DNA of 50,464 bases, filler included, from Catajapyx aquilonaris (lineage: Eukaryota): NCBI GenBank assembly GCA_000934665.2. It is 2 parts of 2 records of this genome, joined end to end, with 100 filler letters (N's around TTAATTAATTAA, not from the genome) between each part and the next. Parts side by side here need not be neighbours in the genome. Positions count along the whole stretch, not along the records: positions 1 to 25,140 come from JYFJ02005416.1; positions 25,241 to 50,464 come from JYFJ02005417.1. One strand, 5' to 3'. Made by a program: the position numbers and the translations under genes. The notes beneath the pieces are model-generated. The model saw only the letters and a program-made list of their open reading frames with translations. It did not search any database and was not told where the DNA came from. How positions within the stretch are numbered: the first letter of the stretch is position 1; each line of letters opens with the position of its first letter. Below are positions 23,820 to 37,152 of this stretch, piece after piece.

Positions 23820-24879
23820 GGGTCACCTCCATGAGTGCCTCCCCCACCTAGACAGGGTATTGTCTCTCCGACATATTGGACCTAAATCAGATGGGATCTG
23901 CATGCAGTAAAAAAATGTCCTTGAAAAAAGAAATTGGACGCTTGCCAATTTCCTATCCTCCAGCATGCAATCTAGCTCCAATATGGACGCCCCATAAGGA
24001 CTATGTGGAGACAATACCCTGGTTAGGGTGGGAGAGGCAACCATGTAGGAGACCCTGGTCAGTTCCACAGCACAAGTGGGGCCCCACGGGGAGGTGCCGA
24101 GCCCTAGCGCCTCGCAAAGCGAATACACGCCTAAAGCAGCTAACAAAATGAAACTTGTCTCATGAAAATTGAGCAATATTTGACAAAGTTATGTGTTTCT
24201 AATAGGGGTCATTCCATGTCAGTGGGGCCCCCTTTGTACCCCTGATGTGGCGGATTTGAATGATATTCACAGGTTATGGTGACCTAGCGCTGCTAAAACA
24301 TTGTACCAAAGCGTTTTGAAATATTTTGATTTTTACCCGTTTTTTGGGGGTGGTAATTTTGAGCCTTTTCTTTCAGAGCCATTTTTCTTTTGGCTGTTTC
24401 TCCGCAACTAATCGTGAGACAGATGTGCTTTTGATATAAATTTATTCAGAAAGGTTGATATAATCGTATTCTATGGTTAATTTTAAAATTTTAAATTTTT
24501 GCGTTAAAAAGATTGAAATTGCAAATTTTAAACATTTAATTTTTAAAATTATACCCCTTTTATTTTTCGCTGGTTTTCACGTATGTTGTAGCCCTACATG
24601 TGAACTACATGTGGCCATATCAGTCCTGTTGGCTAGTATAATACTAAGGAAGATTGGGCCTCTTAAGCGAGACCCCCTCCATATATATTGTCATTATGAT
24701 GGGTACACCCAACATGCAAATCGCCCCACCTTGCTCAGTGCAAATGTTGATATTCAAGTTGGGATGATCACTGGTGAGAGTACGACACATGTAAGACTCC
24801 TTTGGTAGCCCACATCCCCCTCCCCAAGCAAACCCATGCCTCCCACCCCACAAACACACCTAGCCAATTATAATTATAT

Positions 24880-25035
24880 TGTAGTGGCCCTGTTGGCCAC
24901 ATTGTGTTATTGTTGTCTAGCAACAAGAATAGTGTTCAGTCTAGAATAAAATGTTAGAGAGAACTGACGTGTTCTGGAACTCGGGCACTGCCTTGTCTGG
25001 CCATGGTCCCTGCTGGTGGCAAGGGGTCCACTACA
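24880..25035 (+). mobile_element. Solo LTR (Gypsy-like, 4-bp TSD)
   Basis: TGTAGTGG...CCACTACA termini, ATAT duplicated at 24876-24879 and 25036-25039, internal AATAAA. Confidence 0.75.
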
Positions 25036-25140
25036 ATATTAGCTATAATAAGATTACGCTTCTGCTCACCCTTCACGCGGATGTGGAGACTTGACACGTC
25101 CACTCCTTGAACCATGGCTTGATCGAACAGAACTTCCTGA

Positions 25141-25240
25141 NNNNNNNNNNNNNNNNNNNNNNNNNNNNNNNNNNNNNNNNNNNNTTAATTAATTAANNNN
25201 NNNNNNNNNNNNNNNNNNNNNNNNNNNNNNNNNNNNNNNN
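25141..25240. other. Assembly gap containing an artificial six-frame stop linker
   Basis: 44 N + TTAATTAATTAA + 44 N, exactly 100 bp. Confidence 0.95.
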
Positions 25241-26060
25241 ATCTTAATGGAAACTTTTTATCACATCCTGTGTATAACCCCACCACTCCATTTTTTGGGG
25301 GTGTCCCAATATTTTCAGATCAGGGCAAGTATATGGTACCACCAAGATTTAGGGTGGCCAGACGCCCTTCTTTAGGAAGGACAGTCGTTTTGATCACTCA
25401 TCTGCCCTTCATCCTGTGTCACCCCAAGAAGGACGCCATTGACCTTCTTCTTGAGGCCCGTCCAAAAAGAATTATAATAAATTTCCTGAACTGTACTAGA
25501 ACAGCGTTTTTATTTTAACGCTCTGTTAATATTGGTTCAATTTACACCACCCAGATACTACCAGGATACTACTGTGTGTCAGTATGTTTTGAAAGTTCAT
25601 TTTAGAACACCACAAAATAGCATACAGTATCTCCATGTATTGTCATGTTACAAATAAATTCTATTAGTACAGTAGGCTATATGTTGTCTATTTTCTACAC
25701 CATTTTACATACTTCAACTCACCATAAACATGTTTGATTTAGGTTAAATTGCTAGGCTTAAGACTTTAGTTATTAAGTACAATAATATTTTGGTAATTTG
25801 TGTATTTCGATCATATTTCGATTATCATGAAGTAAAAAGGCATATTAATATACAGGGTGTCCACATTGAACCTCCCTATAGTTTCAACGAGCGGTAAAAA
25901 AATAGAAATGCAGAGGTATTTAAGGTTTTTGATTTTTGTCAGTTTGAACAGTCTGGAGTCTCAAACTGAATTTTTGGAATGGTCTATGAGATTTGGTGGT
26001 GCTCCTGTGGGGGATGCTGTTGGAAGATGCAAACATAGTATCTACAGAGCACGGGGTATC

Positions 26061-26110
<50 letters not shown>

Positions 26111-26144
26111 GTATCTACAGAGGGGAAAACACAAGGTGTGTGGT

Positions 26145-26315
26145 GGTTTTGTGAACTCCCCCGGGTGGATTAGTCTAGTGGAAATTTCCACCCGAGACGA
26201 AGCCAAAGATGGCCCAACTCTGCACGAGATGAAGGGGGGAACCCCAGGCTGGGATCAAACCCAGGACCTTAACATCCGTGGGCGCGTGCGTTACTGCAGC
26301 ACCACTCCGCCTCCC
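26145..26315 (-). mobile_element. SINE family B, partial copy
   Basis: Reverse complement of the family B tRNA head and body. Confidence 0.85.
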
Positions 26316-26319
26316 TCCG

Positions 26320-26546
26320 AACCCTGTCACTTATGTAATATGGGTTCACCTTTCACTTGCCACCATTTAATGACAGAATGTATCCAAACTCCGTTTGCTA
26401 GGAAGAAATACCTCACTATGCTGCCATCCGTTCCGCCTGACAAAATCCATTGGCTGTTTGATGCCCCAACTTCTGAGACTGCTTTTTGTGTATATAGTTT
26501 TTTTCTGGTGGTTGTCCAAGTGTTGGACCTTTGTGAAATGAGATAA
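26320..26546 (+). mobile_element. LINE ORF2 C-terminal fragment (CCHC knuckle)
   Basis: PCHLCNMG...HHLMTEC...RKKYL...PPD, homologous to 34406-34891 and 48921-49178. Confidence 0.75.
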
Positions 26547-28107
26547 TGGTAATTTTTTGAGAATGTGTTAAGTATACCATGAAGTTGAGACAAATGTATC
26601 TTTAAATGTACACATATCTGTACAGGCACGACACCGATTACCGTATTTCAATTTTCCAAACGACAAATGGAGCTCATATCTAAACAAACTATGGTAATTA
26701 GGCTAAAACTTCTTAGCATTTCAAAACTTAAAACATTAAGATATGTGTACAAGTTTTTGAGTTATAGGATTTTAGAATCGGGGCATGCTTTTTCGATGAC
26801 CATGTACCCCCGCGAGCATAAAGATGGTGACGGCAGGCCCTTTTTTGACCTTTCTTTATCCGACTCAAATTAATGAACTCTTTTTGGACTGAGTTAGCGG
26901 CTTCAGGCGTGTGTTCGTGTATTTATGACAGTATATTTGATACCGTAATAGCTGAGATTGGCAGAGCAGCCTGCCGAAGGTGAGGGCCTGCCGTCTCCAT
27001 CTTTATGCTCACGGGTGTACATCTCCCATCTACATTGTTGATATAATGTTCCGTAAAATGGGGTGAATAGGGACAGAATTTAGTGTTATTTAGAAATACA
27101 GTAAAACCTCGATATAATACTCTTCAAGGGACCGCCCAAAAGTAGCGTTATATGCGGGATAGCGTTATAAGCGAGATATACGATTTAATTCGTGCTTTCT
27201 CAGGAAATGAATGCCTTCGCTGTTGCTATGTAGATTGAAGCCTATAAACCATGTTAACCTGAGCTGACCTGCCCACATACCACGTAGTATATCCCGAGAG
27301 TGTTGGGACCACCCTCGGGACCACCATCATCCAGAGGTTTTTAATTTCTCAAGCTTAAACTTACGGGAAAAATAAAAATTGTAAGGTATGGTTGAAAGCA
27401 TCTTCAAAAGAGCTGTAAAACAAAAGGAAATCATCCTAGGTTTCACGGAAGCGGAGATTTTAATTGTTTTGTCTTTTGAAAATGTCTACCAAAACTGACA
27501 TTTTCAACTATAAAAATATTAATGAATAAAGGTGACCATGGCCTCATGTATTGACATGTGGTTTTTTCTTAGGACAAGAAATAACCGCCAAACATGGAGA
27601 AAATCTGCAAAATATTTTTTAAAATCTGTAGCCGAATTAGAATTTTAAAAACTTTCAGTAACTTTCCTCACCATGATCGTGATTATTTGGAGGAAAGTCA
27701 CGAAAATTGACATAGTATGTGGGATCAGGACGTCTCTGGGGCAGGTAAATCGAGCGGTATATGCGGGAAAGCGTTAAAATCAGGAAGTGCTATAAGAGTG
27801 AAAATGTCCCATAAAATAGTCCCATTTCTCATGGTGGGCCTTCCGCTCATCGCACGCAGAAAGTCCACCCGGTTGGACGCCAGCGCAATGCCCACGCTCG
27901 GTCATCGCAAGCAGCATTTGTGAATAGCCCTTCGCAAATTTTCCGTGCTCCGCACGCCCCGCTTACGCAAATGCGAGTTTGTAAAACTGGAATTTCGTCC
28001 CGCTTTCGCAACGCTGAGTTTGTGAAGCGGCCGCAACTCCCACGACACTCTATACCACCTCTGCTTGAACCACCATCGACAACAATATAAACAATATATG
28101 ACTTTGT

Positions 28108-28366
28108 ACCGAAGCAGGTTGGTGTAGGGGATAAGGAGCCTGGCTGCTAATCGGGAGGTCCTGGGTTCGAATCCCGGGGCCGACGACCCGGACCATGGTT
28201 TTCTGTGGTTTTCCATGGTCTCCCCCGGGGTCGGTTCCATAAAAATAGGCCACAGCCACTTCCTTCCTTCCCTATCCCTTGTCCCATCGGATGGTGGTAA
28301 TCCATCCCCCTAAGGGAGCCAAAGGCTCTAGCATGGGGTATGATAAATAAATAAATAAAATAAATA
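28108..28366 (+). mobile_element. tRNA-derived SINE, family C (Ser-GCT-like head)
   Basis: CTGCTAA anticodon-like loop, B box GGTTCGAATCC, 15-bp TSD AATATAT(G/C)ACTTTGT at 28093-28107 and 28367-28381. Confidence 0.9.
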
Positions 28367-29413
28367 AATATATCACTTTGTTTGGGACCATCTCCATGGA
28401 AAAGAATTTCCAGAGGTGCATTCTCCGCAATTTCGAGTGTCCGCTTTCTGCATATTTCTCCCATCAAATGCCTCCAAAGAAGCGTTACACATTTGGACAA
28501 TCTCCTGGCACCAAACACCAACGAATTAAAAAGCAGCATGAAACAGACAGTCAGTGCCAGTCCCATGTAGAACTTAAAGCAGCCAGACACTCTAGGGCCG
28601 TGCAGACAGGCCAAGCTTAGCCGCGGCTGGCCGCGGCCGCGACGGTTCACACCTAGCGGCCCCCTAGCAACGCCACGGCCAGGGCCCGTCTGCACGGCCC
28701 CAATAATATTGATGGTATGGTGCAAGAAGGGGGAAAGTCAATCTTTGATCGGCTGACTCCATTAATAAAAAAAGAACGGGAATCATCGCCCTGTGTAGGG
28801 TGACTCCCTTCACAAGTACTGACAAATTTTGGCTTATTTATTTCAATTAGCCTACTACACAATGACCAGTTTTAAGGCATACTGGTATCAAGTGTATATG
28901 TAATAGGAATTTTATTAATAAATAGACTTCCTAAAAATAATACAGATATGGATACCCTGACCACAACAACATACCCGGGCAACGCCAGGTAACCTGCTAG
29001 CGTTTATTACTCTGACAAAATTCCACAATCGCACTTACCCGATATCGCGGGACAAGTCCGGCACTGTGGACCACGTGCATATTTTAATTCTTTTTCGGAG
29101 CACCCACATAGATGAATGTTGTGCAATAGGCCACTTTGAAAGCCAATAAGGTAATGTGGATTGTGCATTACTTTTTTTCTCACTTGCTAATTACTGAGGG
29201 AGTAGCATGCCTTATTTAACTGAACCTAATCCAAATCCGGCTGCACTTACCCCAACTTACCCTGTCTCTTGGAGAAATCCCTTCCCACAGCCCACAGGTA
29301 ATTCTTAGGTCACCCCTCACACATCAAATATTCTTCAGAACAGACAAAAACATGCTGAGTGGAGGTCAATTGCAATGTTGCTAAAAATGTGGAAGATTCT
29401 TATCCAGCATTAA

Positions 29414-29913
29414 CCCTTTGAGGCATACGGACATCGTATGATGTCCTGATGATTTTTGAACTGGGCACGCTCGAGTTTAGACAGAAATGGCGCAGTTTGA
29501 TGCTCAAACTGCTCCTACCACTTCGTGGAAGGAGGCTCAACTACCATAGCGTTTGCTAATCAGTATTTTCGCCTCCCAGCGTGAGCGGTGTCAGAACAGG
29601 GTGTACCGTAACTCTGCACTCTTAGGAATTTGAATTTCTCATAGTACAGTGTTTTAGTATTATTATGTAACCATAGTAACAATTTTATAGTGACTTTAAA
29701 AATCTAAATTAATTTAATTACATTTCAAGTTAATTGCACTTTAAAAAATATTCTGGCCCACCCTGTAGATGAATTTCTTCAGTCTTTTACATTCAAAAGG
29801 CCCACCATGAGTTAAAATGATAAATATTGGAGCATATTGTTTTCCATTAATATCACTCCTACAACAAATTTTGGTCAAGATAAACCCGCCCCAAAAACCC
29901 AGCAGTCAAAGGG
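29414..29913. mobile_element. piggyBac-type MITE
   Basis: TTAA|CCCTTTGA...TCAAAGGG|TTAA. A second copy lies in the opposite orientation at 47724-48242. Confidence 0.9.
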
Positions 29914-30366
29914 TTAATAAATAAATTTAATTAATGACTGTATTGGACGATATTTACTCAAGACTGGGAAAAGTCCACCCAAAAAAACCATGTGAGCACA
30001 CACAAGATGCAAGACCATGCCAAACAAGCTAGTGAATACGCTCGTAAATGCAGAAAATCCTGACAAAAAGTCAAAAACGGGGTATCTCACATCATGTGGG
30101 TACCTGCCATGACTGGTGCAGGTGCAGGTTCCACTGCAGGTTACTGCGGGAAGCATGCTGGGAAATAACCATGCCACTATATACAAGATAGTTTTACACA
30201 GAACAACACAACTGTTATTCAACATTTAATACAAATGGTTCACTTTCATGTCATGTCAAGTAGAAAACATACAAAATGGAACAGTTTGACAAGACAACTT
30301 TCAAAACTTAACCTAGGCTCCTAGAGGAGGATAAGAGTCTATCACAAATAAAATGAAGCTGCTCCT

Positions 30367-31851
30367 TCATATCCGTGTACAATGATTGATATAGAATTGC
30401 ATGTCATATTTCTCCGTCCGATGGGATAATTCTACGACATAGTCAGGTGAAAAAATGAGCTTATCACTATGCAAGTCCACCCTTTCCAAATACTCTCCAC
30501 AGGAATCCAAAATAATTGGGATCACTTCCCTATTCATGCTATTGTCCTTCACGTAGAGAGTACGCAACTCTCTCAGGTTGGCGTTACAGAGAAGTTCACA
30601 AGTCCCGGAATTGACAGACACGTTATACACCTTAAGACTCTTCAATTTGCTACAGAAGGGAATAAGACACTTAATTTGTTTTACAGGCACATTTGTCATC
30701 TCCAAATGTTCTAGTGCTTGAGATGCAGCACGTGGCATTTCGCGTGGAACCGAGTTCGCCATGTACTTGCCATCCAATAGCTTAACAAACTCTAGATTAG
30801 GAAAAATCTCCATGACTACAGCCACGTTAACACCAGTGCACTCAGAAATGGTTAGAGACTCAAGATTTTGGTATGACACATTCATGTTTTGTCTGAAGAG
30901 AGAATCAAGGTCAGTAATGCTATGCAAGTGTAATTGGTGGAGACCAAACATGCACTTGTCCATCAGGAAAAGAAGGTTTGATGATGTTCCATTACTTATA
31001 CTGAAGCTCTTCAGATTGGCCAGTTCACTAATCTGATTTATAGGTGCCTTGCCACGCATGTACAGGGTCAGCCTCTCAAGGTATGGAAAATGGGTTACAA
31101 CCTGTTGCACAGAAGCAGCATCATGTACATGCAGCTCAGCTATAAAGTCCTTCAACTTATAAGCACGTTTGCACAGTGGAAGAACTTTTAAGATACTGTC
31201 ACTCCTCAACTGTAATACATCCAGATTGGGAAGATGGTCGAGGAGGTGTAACGTTACTTCAGGAGCTACATGCCAACAAGAAGGGAAAAATACTTGCCTC
31301 AGCTGGGTGTAGTTCGTAAATGACAATAATATCGATCGCGTCATACCAATTTCAAGTGGATCATAAATGGTAAAATTTTCAAGGCTTGGACAGTTTTCAA
31401 GAATATGTGGCAAGACCTGCCGGTTGGTACCTAATGCAACCTTAATTGACTGTAGGTCGGTCATTTTGGGCAATAGAATACCTTGCCAATCCACTTCGGA
31501 GGAAAACCACAATTCAATAATAGGTTTAATACTGATCAGATCCCTCATGACTTGTAGACCCCTAAAAACCTGAGCAGGTGAGGTGAAAAATCCATCTGCA
31601 CTTTCTTCACTAATTGCTGTGCACAAAGGATGAAAGGCACTAATGCGGTCAAAGCACTCTCTCCACTTCCAACCCGTCTTCAGGATCTCATCAACGTATT
31701 CATTCGCAAAGATACCTGGGATGTCCTGGACATATTGTTGAATCACCTCTTGGTGTTTTCCATCACTATTCTTGCAAGAATCAAGCGTTAACTTGGCCAA
31801 AGCATGCAAGCTTGAGGACCGGAGACTTGGAGGCAGCCTTTTTCTTGGCAT
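30367..31851 (-). CDS. Leucine-rich-repeat protein (494 aa, single coding exon) with BC-box-like N-terminus
   Basis: Intact 1485-nt ORF whose ATG lies 3 nt after a TTGCAG acceptor (31855). Repeated LxxLxL units (CPSLENFTI, LPNLDVLQL, FPYLERLTL, LANLKSFSI, YQNLESLTISEC, CSKLKSLKV, LRELRTLYV). The N-terminus is MPRKRLPPSLRSSSLHAL. Confidence 0.9.
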   Translation of the reverse strand: MPRKRLPPSLRSSSLHALAKLTLDSCKNSDGKHQEVIQQYVQDIPGIFANEYVDEILKTGWKWRECFDRISAFHPLCTAISEESADGFFTSPAQVFRGLQVMRDLISIKPIIELWFSSEVDWQGILLPKMTDLQSIKVALGTNRQVLPHILENCPSLENFTIYDPLEIGMTRSILLSFTNYTQLRQVFFPSCWHVAPEVTLHLLDHLPNLDVLQLRSDSILKVLPLCKRAYKLKDFIAELHVHDAASVQQVVTHFPYLERLTLYMRGKAPINQISELANLKSFSISNGTSSNLLFLMDKCMFGLHQLHLHSITDLDSLFRQNMNVSYQNLESLTISECTGVNVAVVMEIFPNLEFVKLLDGKYMANSVPREMPRAASQALEHLEMTNVPVKQIKCLIPFCSKLKSLKVYNVSVNSGTCELLCNANLRELRTLYVKDNSMNREVIPIILDSCGEYLERVDLHSDKLIFSPDYVVELSHRTEKYDMQFYINHCTRI

Positions 31852-33474
31852 GATCTGCAAGATAAATTAAATGTTTCAGAATACACTTGTATGAAAATAA
31901 TTACATGGAAGTCTGTGAATCAAAACATCTTCCCACAATGTGTTAACATTCTATTTAGCAAATATCATGACACCCTTTGAACTTGGTCCAAATAACCTGC
32001 TTGATAAGTGATCAATGGGGATAGGCATGGCTCCTCCCACCCAGCAGACAAAGAGTACCTTAACACTGCAGTTGTGCTTGAGACATGATTGATATGTACA
32101 AGGTTGTTCCGATATGAACAGGATTGAATTTTTTTAGAACATTCCTTATTACACATTGACTTCTTTTACATGTCACTCTTCATGACACTCGCCCCTGGGT
32201 ACTGGGTCATTTTCATTTTTTTTGCGCATTTGCTGTGTCAATGTAGAAAAAAACAAAAAAACAATTAATAACTGTTACCAATCCTGCAAGTCATTTTACA
32301 TTTACATGAAAGGGACATTCATATGTGCTCATTTGATATAAAAAACATGGATTAGAATTCATTCAGTCATATGTAACTAAATAAGAAATGATGAAAAGTG
32401 TATAGAAATGAGGTGAAGCAGATAGCAAGATGAGCTCTTTGTAAATTTCATACAGCTGTGTCAGTACCCGGATTTTGGAACCCAATTTTTTTTTACGCTT
32501 GTTATAATTGGATATCCCAAAGTTTATACATATCATTGTCATTTAACATATAACTAAATTTTACAAATCATTTAAGGATGTGAAGTGTGACACTGTCACA
32601 CTCTGTTACCATCTGACTGGCACCCTTGCTGGAACTTCTGAAATCGCTCAAAATAGGCCAGAAAAATGCCCAAGTGTAGCATAGATTCAGTTGCGAGGGA
32701 ATCCTTTGTCAGTTGGGAGTTGAGTGCTGGACAAGGAGGCGGTGGACCATGTTTTCTCTCAATGTTGCTGCGTATTTTTTCTGCCTGTCACGTATGATAC
32801 CTTCTTATATCCTATTTCACTGCATGTAATTGTCAAAGCTGAATTGAGCATGTTGCATACTAAGGTCCCACCTCTTCAGGTACTAATAACTTTTCATGAA
32901 AACAAATAGTCTGCAAGGAAAAAAATTACGCAGATTCTTTTTCATCTGCTATGTTTCTGGAACCAATTAACACATAAAACAGGTATTCCTGTATTGGTAT
33001 TATCTTGCTGTGGTGGAAGTTTCAAGTCTCTGCGTGCAGTAGTATCCTCTCCAGATGCAACGAACTGGTTTCATTTCATTCACCCTCGTACCGTATTACC
33101 TCACTTAAAGCGGCATGCCAGTATAAAACGAGGTCGACCAGCATGCCAGTATAACCCGGGGATGGCCGGCATGCCGCAATAACCGAGGTACATTTCCACA
33201 ACTGACCCTTGTCTAATTTTTTGGAATGCATCTGGTACTGTAGGCTACTAAAATAATGTTACAGTAAAATTTGTGCGAGTATGGGGTTGTCAGAATATGC
33301 AAGTTGATATGTTTACACTGTTTACTGTTGCACATGGCAACAACCAATCCCCATCCCCCTGTCCCCAACCCAATTCCCCCCAATCCCCCATCCCAATCCC
33401 AACTGTAATAAGTAAATACATTCTCCCCAGAGCAGCGGTCTAACATTTGGCCAACAACAATACAATAATAATAA

Positions 33475-33741
33475 GGGCGACACGGTGGCTGAGTGGTGAG
33501 CGCCGCAGCCTTCCACCTCTAAGGTCCCGAGTTCGATCCCTGGGTTGGACGGAGGATACTTATGTGGATAGAGTTTCGATAGGTTCTCTCCTTGTTCGCA
33601 TGGATTTTCTCGGGGTACTCCTGTTTCCTCCCACAATCAAAATCCATCACAGCGCAGGCAATGATTAAAGTCGGTTAAATAAAAGATGATCCCCTAAGAA
33701 GCCCAAGGAGGCCTATCACGGGGTATCCATTATTATTATTA
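33475..33741 (+). mobile_element. tRNA-derived SINE, family D (Gly-TCC-like head)
   Basis: A box TGGCTGAGTGG, CTTCCAC loop, B box AGTTCGATCC, stem-loop tail plus (ATT)n. A second copy is at 43055-43326 (minus). Confidence 0.9.
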
Positions 33742-35940
33742 ATGCGTTTATAAAATTGAAGTCGATTAATCTGCGTCAGGCCCTGCATCAACTGTTTAAT
33801 CTCTGCTTAGCAGCCAATAGTGTACCTGAGTCTTGGGCCCAAGCTCGTGTTATCCCGATTTACAAGGCGGGGGACCCCAATGATCCGGTCAACTTAAGGC
33901 CGATATCCTTGGTCAACAATGTATTAAAATTATTTACTTCAATTCTTATGGCGTGGTTGTCCAGATGGTTGGCCTTACATGATGGGTTGTCGGAAACGCA
34001 GGCGGGATTCAGGGCAGGGAGGGGATGTCATGATCACCTTTTCACACTTACAGTCCTCATTCATCACTACTTGGCTAAGCCGAAGGGGAAATTGCTTGCT
34101 GTTTTATCGATCTCTCTAAGGCCTTTGATTCCATACCCCATGCTGCGCTTTTCGAAAAAATTGGCCATTTTGGTGTCAGCCATTCTTTATCACACTTATT
34201 CGAGATTTTTATGCAAAGTTTGCAATGATTGCAGATCATGATCCATCACAGACACTAAGTTTAACAGTAGGTTTACCCCAAGGAGAACCGCTCAGCCCGA
34301 TCTTATTTAATGTCTATCTTTCTGATCTTGATAGCTACTTAGCCAGTTGTGGGGCGCCGGGGGTTAATTTCGGAGTTAATACAATGGATCTAATGGATTA
34401 CACAAGTGGGAATTACGGATTGGGATTCCTTGGAAATTTCATTTTCTAGTGTGGTTCAAAAGTTTTCCGATCTCTTATTGGCCAAGAGTGAGCAAGCTCT
34501 ATCTGTTTCAACCCGTTATGCTCATTATCGAGACCTACGCCCCTCCATCACCCCTGCTTATTATATGTCTTACCTTTTGCCGATCAAAATCACGCGTATG
34601 TTAGCGAACCTACGTCATCAATCACCGAGTTTGTTTTTGTTGAGCCGTCGACTCCAATTTAACTATGTGCAGGCTTGTACGTGGTGTAACATTACTGAAC
34701 CTTTTTCCCCGTATCATATAATTTATGTCTGCCCTTTCTTTCGTACTCCTAGATATTTGTTCCTACATAACCTGCCATCTTATCCACCCGACCGCTTTCA
34801 TTTACTTTTGGGAAACTTATCGAAAGATCTGGCCTTTAACCTCAGTAATTTCTTGGACAATGTTATTAAGAGGATTGAAATGTGTGATTAGGAAGAGTGT
34901 TATTAGCAGGCACCAGTCAGTGTAAGTTACTGTTATTTTTTTCATTTTCATGGTATACGAGGTGTGATCAAAAAGTTCCCGGACTGTCGATATACCGTGC
35001 AAACCAGTGGAGCTACGAACTTGTGACGTTAGGGGGCGCTAGGTGCACCTTTCATCTATTAGTCTGAAAAATCTCGTCTTCATAGGTGCACATGTTTCCG
35101 AGTTTCGGCAGTTTTCGTGACACCGTGTTCTTGTGCTTCTGCGATTTTTCAAAATGGCTGATGTTAGGGAGCAAAAGATTTGTATTAAATTTTGCTTCCA
35201 GCTCAACAAAACTTCGGATGCAACCTACCGAATGCTGAACAAGGCTTTTGATGAACAAGTTGTAAGACAAGCAATAACATATGAGCGGTTTAACAGCTTC
35301 AAAGGTGGCGCGCCAAGTGCGCGGCAAAATCAACTCAATGCTGATCATTTTCTTTGACATTTTAGGAATTGTGCATATGGAGTTTCTCCCTCCTGGTAAA
35401 ACTGTCAACAGCAAGTCTTACTGCGATGGTTTGAGACTATTTAGGCTCAATTGGCCGGAGATATGGAAGAACATAGACTGGTTGCTGCACCATGACAATG
35501 CCGCCTGCACACACCTCACGCGTAGTCAAGGACTTCCTGATAAAAAATAACATGACCACTGTTCCCCACCCTGACTGTTCGTTTGTCCTGGCACCACGTG
35601 ATTTCTACCTCTTCCCTAAATTGAAATTTGGGTAGAAAAGGAGGCATTTTGACTCCACTAACGAGCTCTAAGCAAAATCGCAGCAGGTGCTGAACACGAT
35701 ACTGTTGGCCAATTTTTTTTGGGTGCTTCCAAAAATGGGAGATTCGCTGGGATCGTTGCATACGTGCCCAAGGAAACTACTTTGAAGGTGGCAGTGGAAA
35801 TTAGGACCTAAAGTAAATATTTATGTTTTTATGAACACAGTCTGGGAACTTTTTGATCACACCTCGTATGTCTGCTCATTTTGTTTCTGCTTGTTGTCGT
35901 TGTCCCCCTAAAAGGGCTCTGCCCTCAAATGGGGTAATCC
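33742..35940 (+). mobile_element. 5'-truncated, internally deleted LINE (RT + C-terminal CCHC; RTE-X-like by eye), 3' UTR interrupted by a mariner
   Basis: PIYKAGD..NLRPISL, QAGFRAGRG, GLPQGEPLSPILFN and CTWC...HIIYVCP motifs. The YADD region is deleted and there are frameshifts. The 3' stem-loop tail is at 35904-35936. Confidence 0.9.
34958..35866 (+). mobile_element. Internally deleted mariner transposon
   Basis: TA TSD; about 30-bp TIR CGAGGTGTGATCAAAAAGTTCCC(G/A)GACTGT. Transposase pieces EQKICIKFCF.., MLIIFFD..GIVHMEFLP.G.TVN, LLHHDNA and DFYLFPKLK. Confidence 0.95.
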
Positions 35941-36654
35941 CCATATATATAAAGCTCAATATTTGTACATATAATGTATGTATGTATGTCACGCCTAATT
36001 AAGCCACTTCCCGGGTACGGAGAGCGCTCAAATTTCGCAGAGCCATGTCTTACATATCACTGACCCCGGGAAAAGTCCCAAAACCGCACTTTTTTGAGTC
36101 TAAGGGGGGTTTTCAGCAGATTAAGCAATTGCCTAGCAACCCTGGCTGTCAACAAGCCCAAAGGAAGGATCTGCCTCTCTCACTCACGTTCTAAAATAAT
36201 CAACATTGTATATTCAACAATGAAAACAATAGAACAACAGGCAGGTTGGCAAGAATAATAATTGCAGTACACGTAATAGCTGACACGTAGGGTATTGTAA
36301 CAATTAATGGTTGGAGTACTTCGGGGAGTGCCGAGATCAACAATACCGAACAATACAGTACTGTACAGTGCATATCGATAGAACCTGCCACAAGGCGCCA
36401 GGAAACACAGAGGAAAGAAGAGCAGGTATACGTTCGTGTGTTTGGTCTCATCAGAAGTGTTGAAGTGATGCGTTCATGTTCAGATTGTGTTATCAACTAT
36501 TATTTTAAAAATTCTGATACAAAATTTTCAAATGTAATTTTAAAACCGGGGTTAATGCGAAACGGCGTAAAATGGAGCGGCGTAAAACGGGTACTTCCAG
36601 CATGGGAAATATTTCTTGGCCACTGCACAACCAGCAAGCTATCATAATTTCCAC

Positions 36655-36873
36655 GGGCCGAATTCAGAGAGGTTGTTTAACGTAAACGCACCCGATTAAA
36701 TCGTTTAGTCATCCTCGATTAGCAAATTTAAAAGTGCTAGCAAGTGCGATTAGGGGGCGTTTAGCGCTAATCGCCGTCTTTGTATTAGCAGGTTGATTAA
36801 ATTTGCTAATCGAGGCTGACTAAAGGATTTAATCGGGCGCGTTTACGTTAAGCAACCTCTCTGAATTCGGCCC
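36655..36873. mobile_element. Palindromic MITE (PIF/Harbinger-like termini)
   Basis: Inverted arms of about 75 bp starting GGGCCGAATTCAGAGAGGTTG, with a 3-bp direct repeat CAC on both flanks. Confidence 0.8.
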
Positions 36874-37152
36874 CACGTTATCACAATTTTTCAATTTAAA
36901 AATTTGATGATGTCATTTTCTAACCGCGTTAATGTAGAACGGCGTAAAATGGGTACCTACTGTATTATTTTGATAATTGGACGGTGTTATGTAATAACGC
37001 ATCAACCCACGCGAGACCAGTTTTGAGAAAAAGGGCTTTGAAGGTCATACCTGTGAAATTAATTCAGTGTTCTTTTCGGTCATTTATGGCAGAAGTAGAT
37101 ATGCAGATTTCACCAGCGTGATTTTAACTGAATTAAGTATGATTCTTTAGCC

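Noticed and set aside
21327..25140. ProtoRAG-like RAG1/RAG2 transposon
   Set aside because: Only a Transib-type core is present. No RAG1 N-terminal RING, no convergent kelch/PHD ORF and no RSS-like TIRs were seen.
28147..28725. 192-aa minus-strand ORF
   Set aside because: It runs across a SINE and a small MITE and has no domain signature; a chance ORF.
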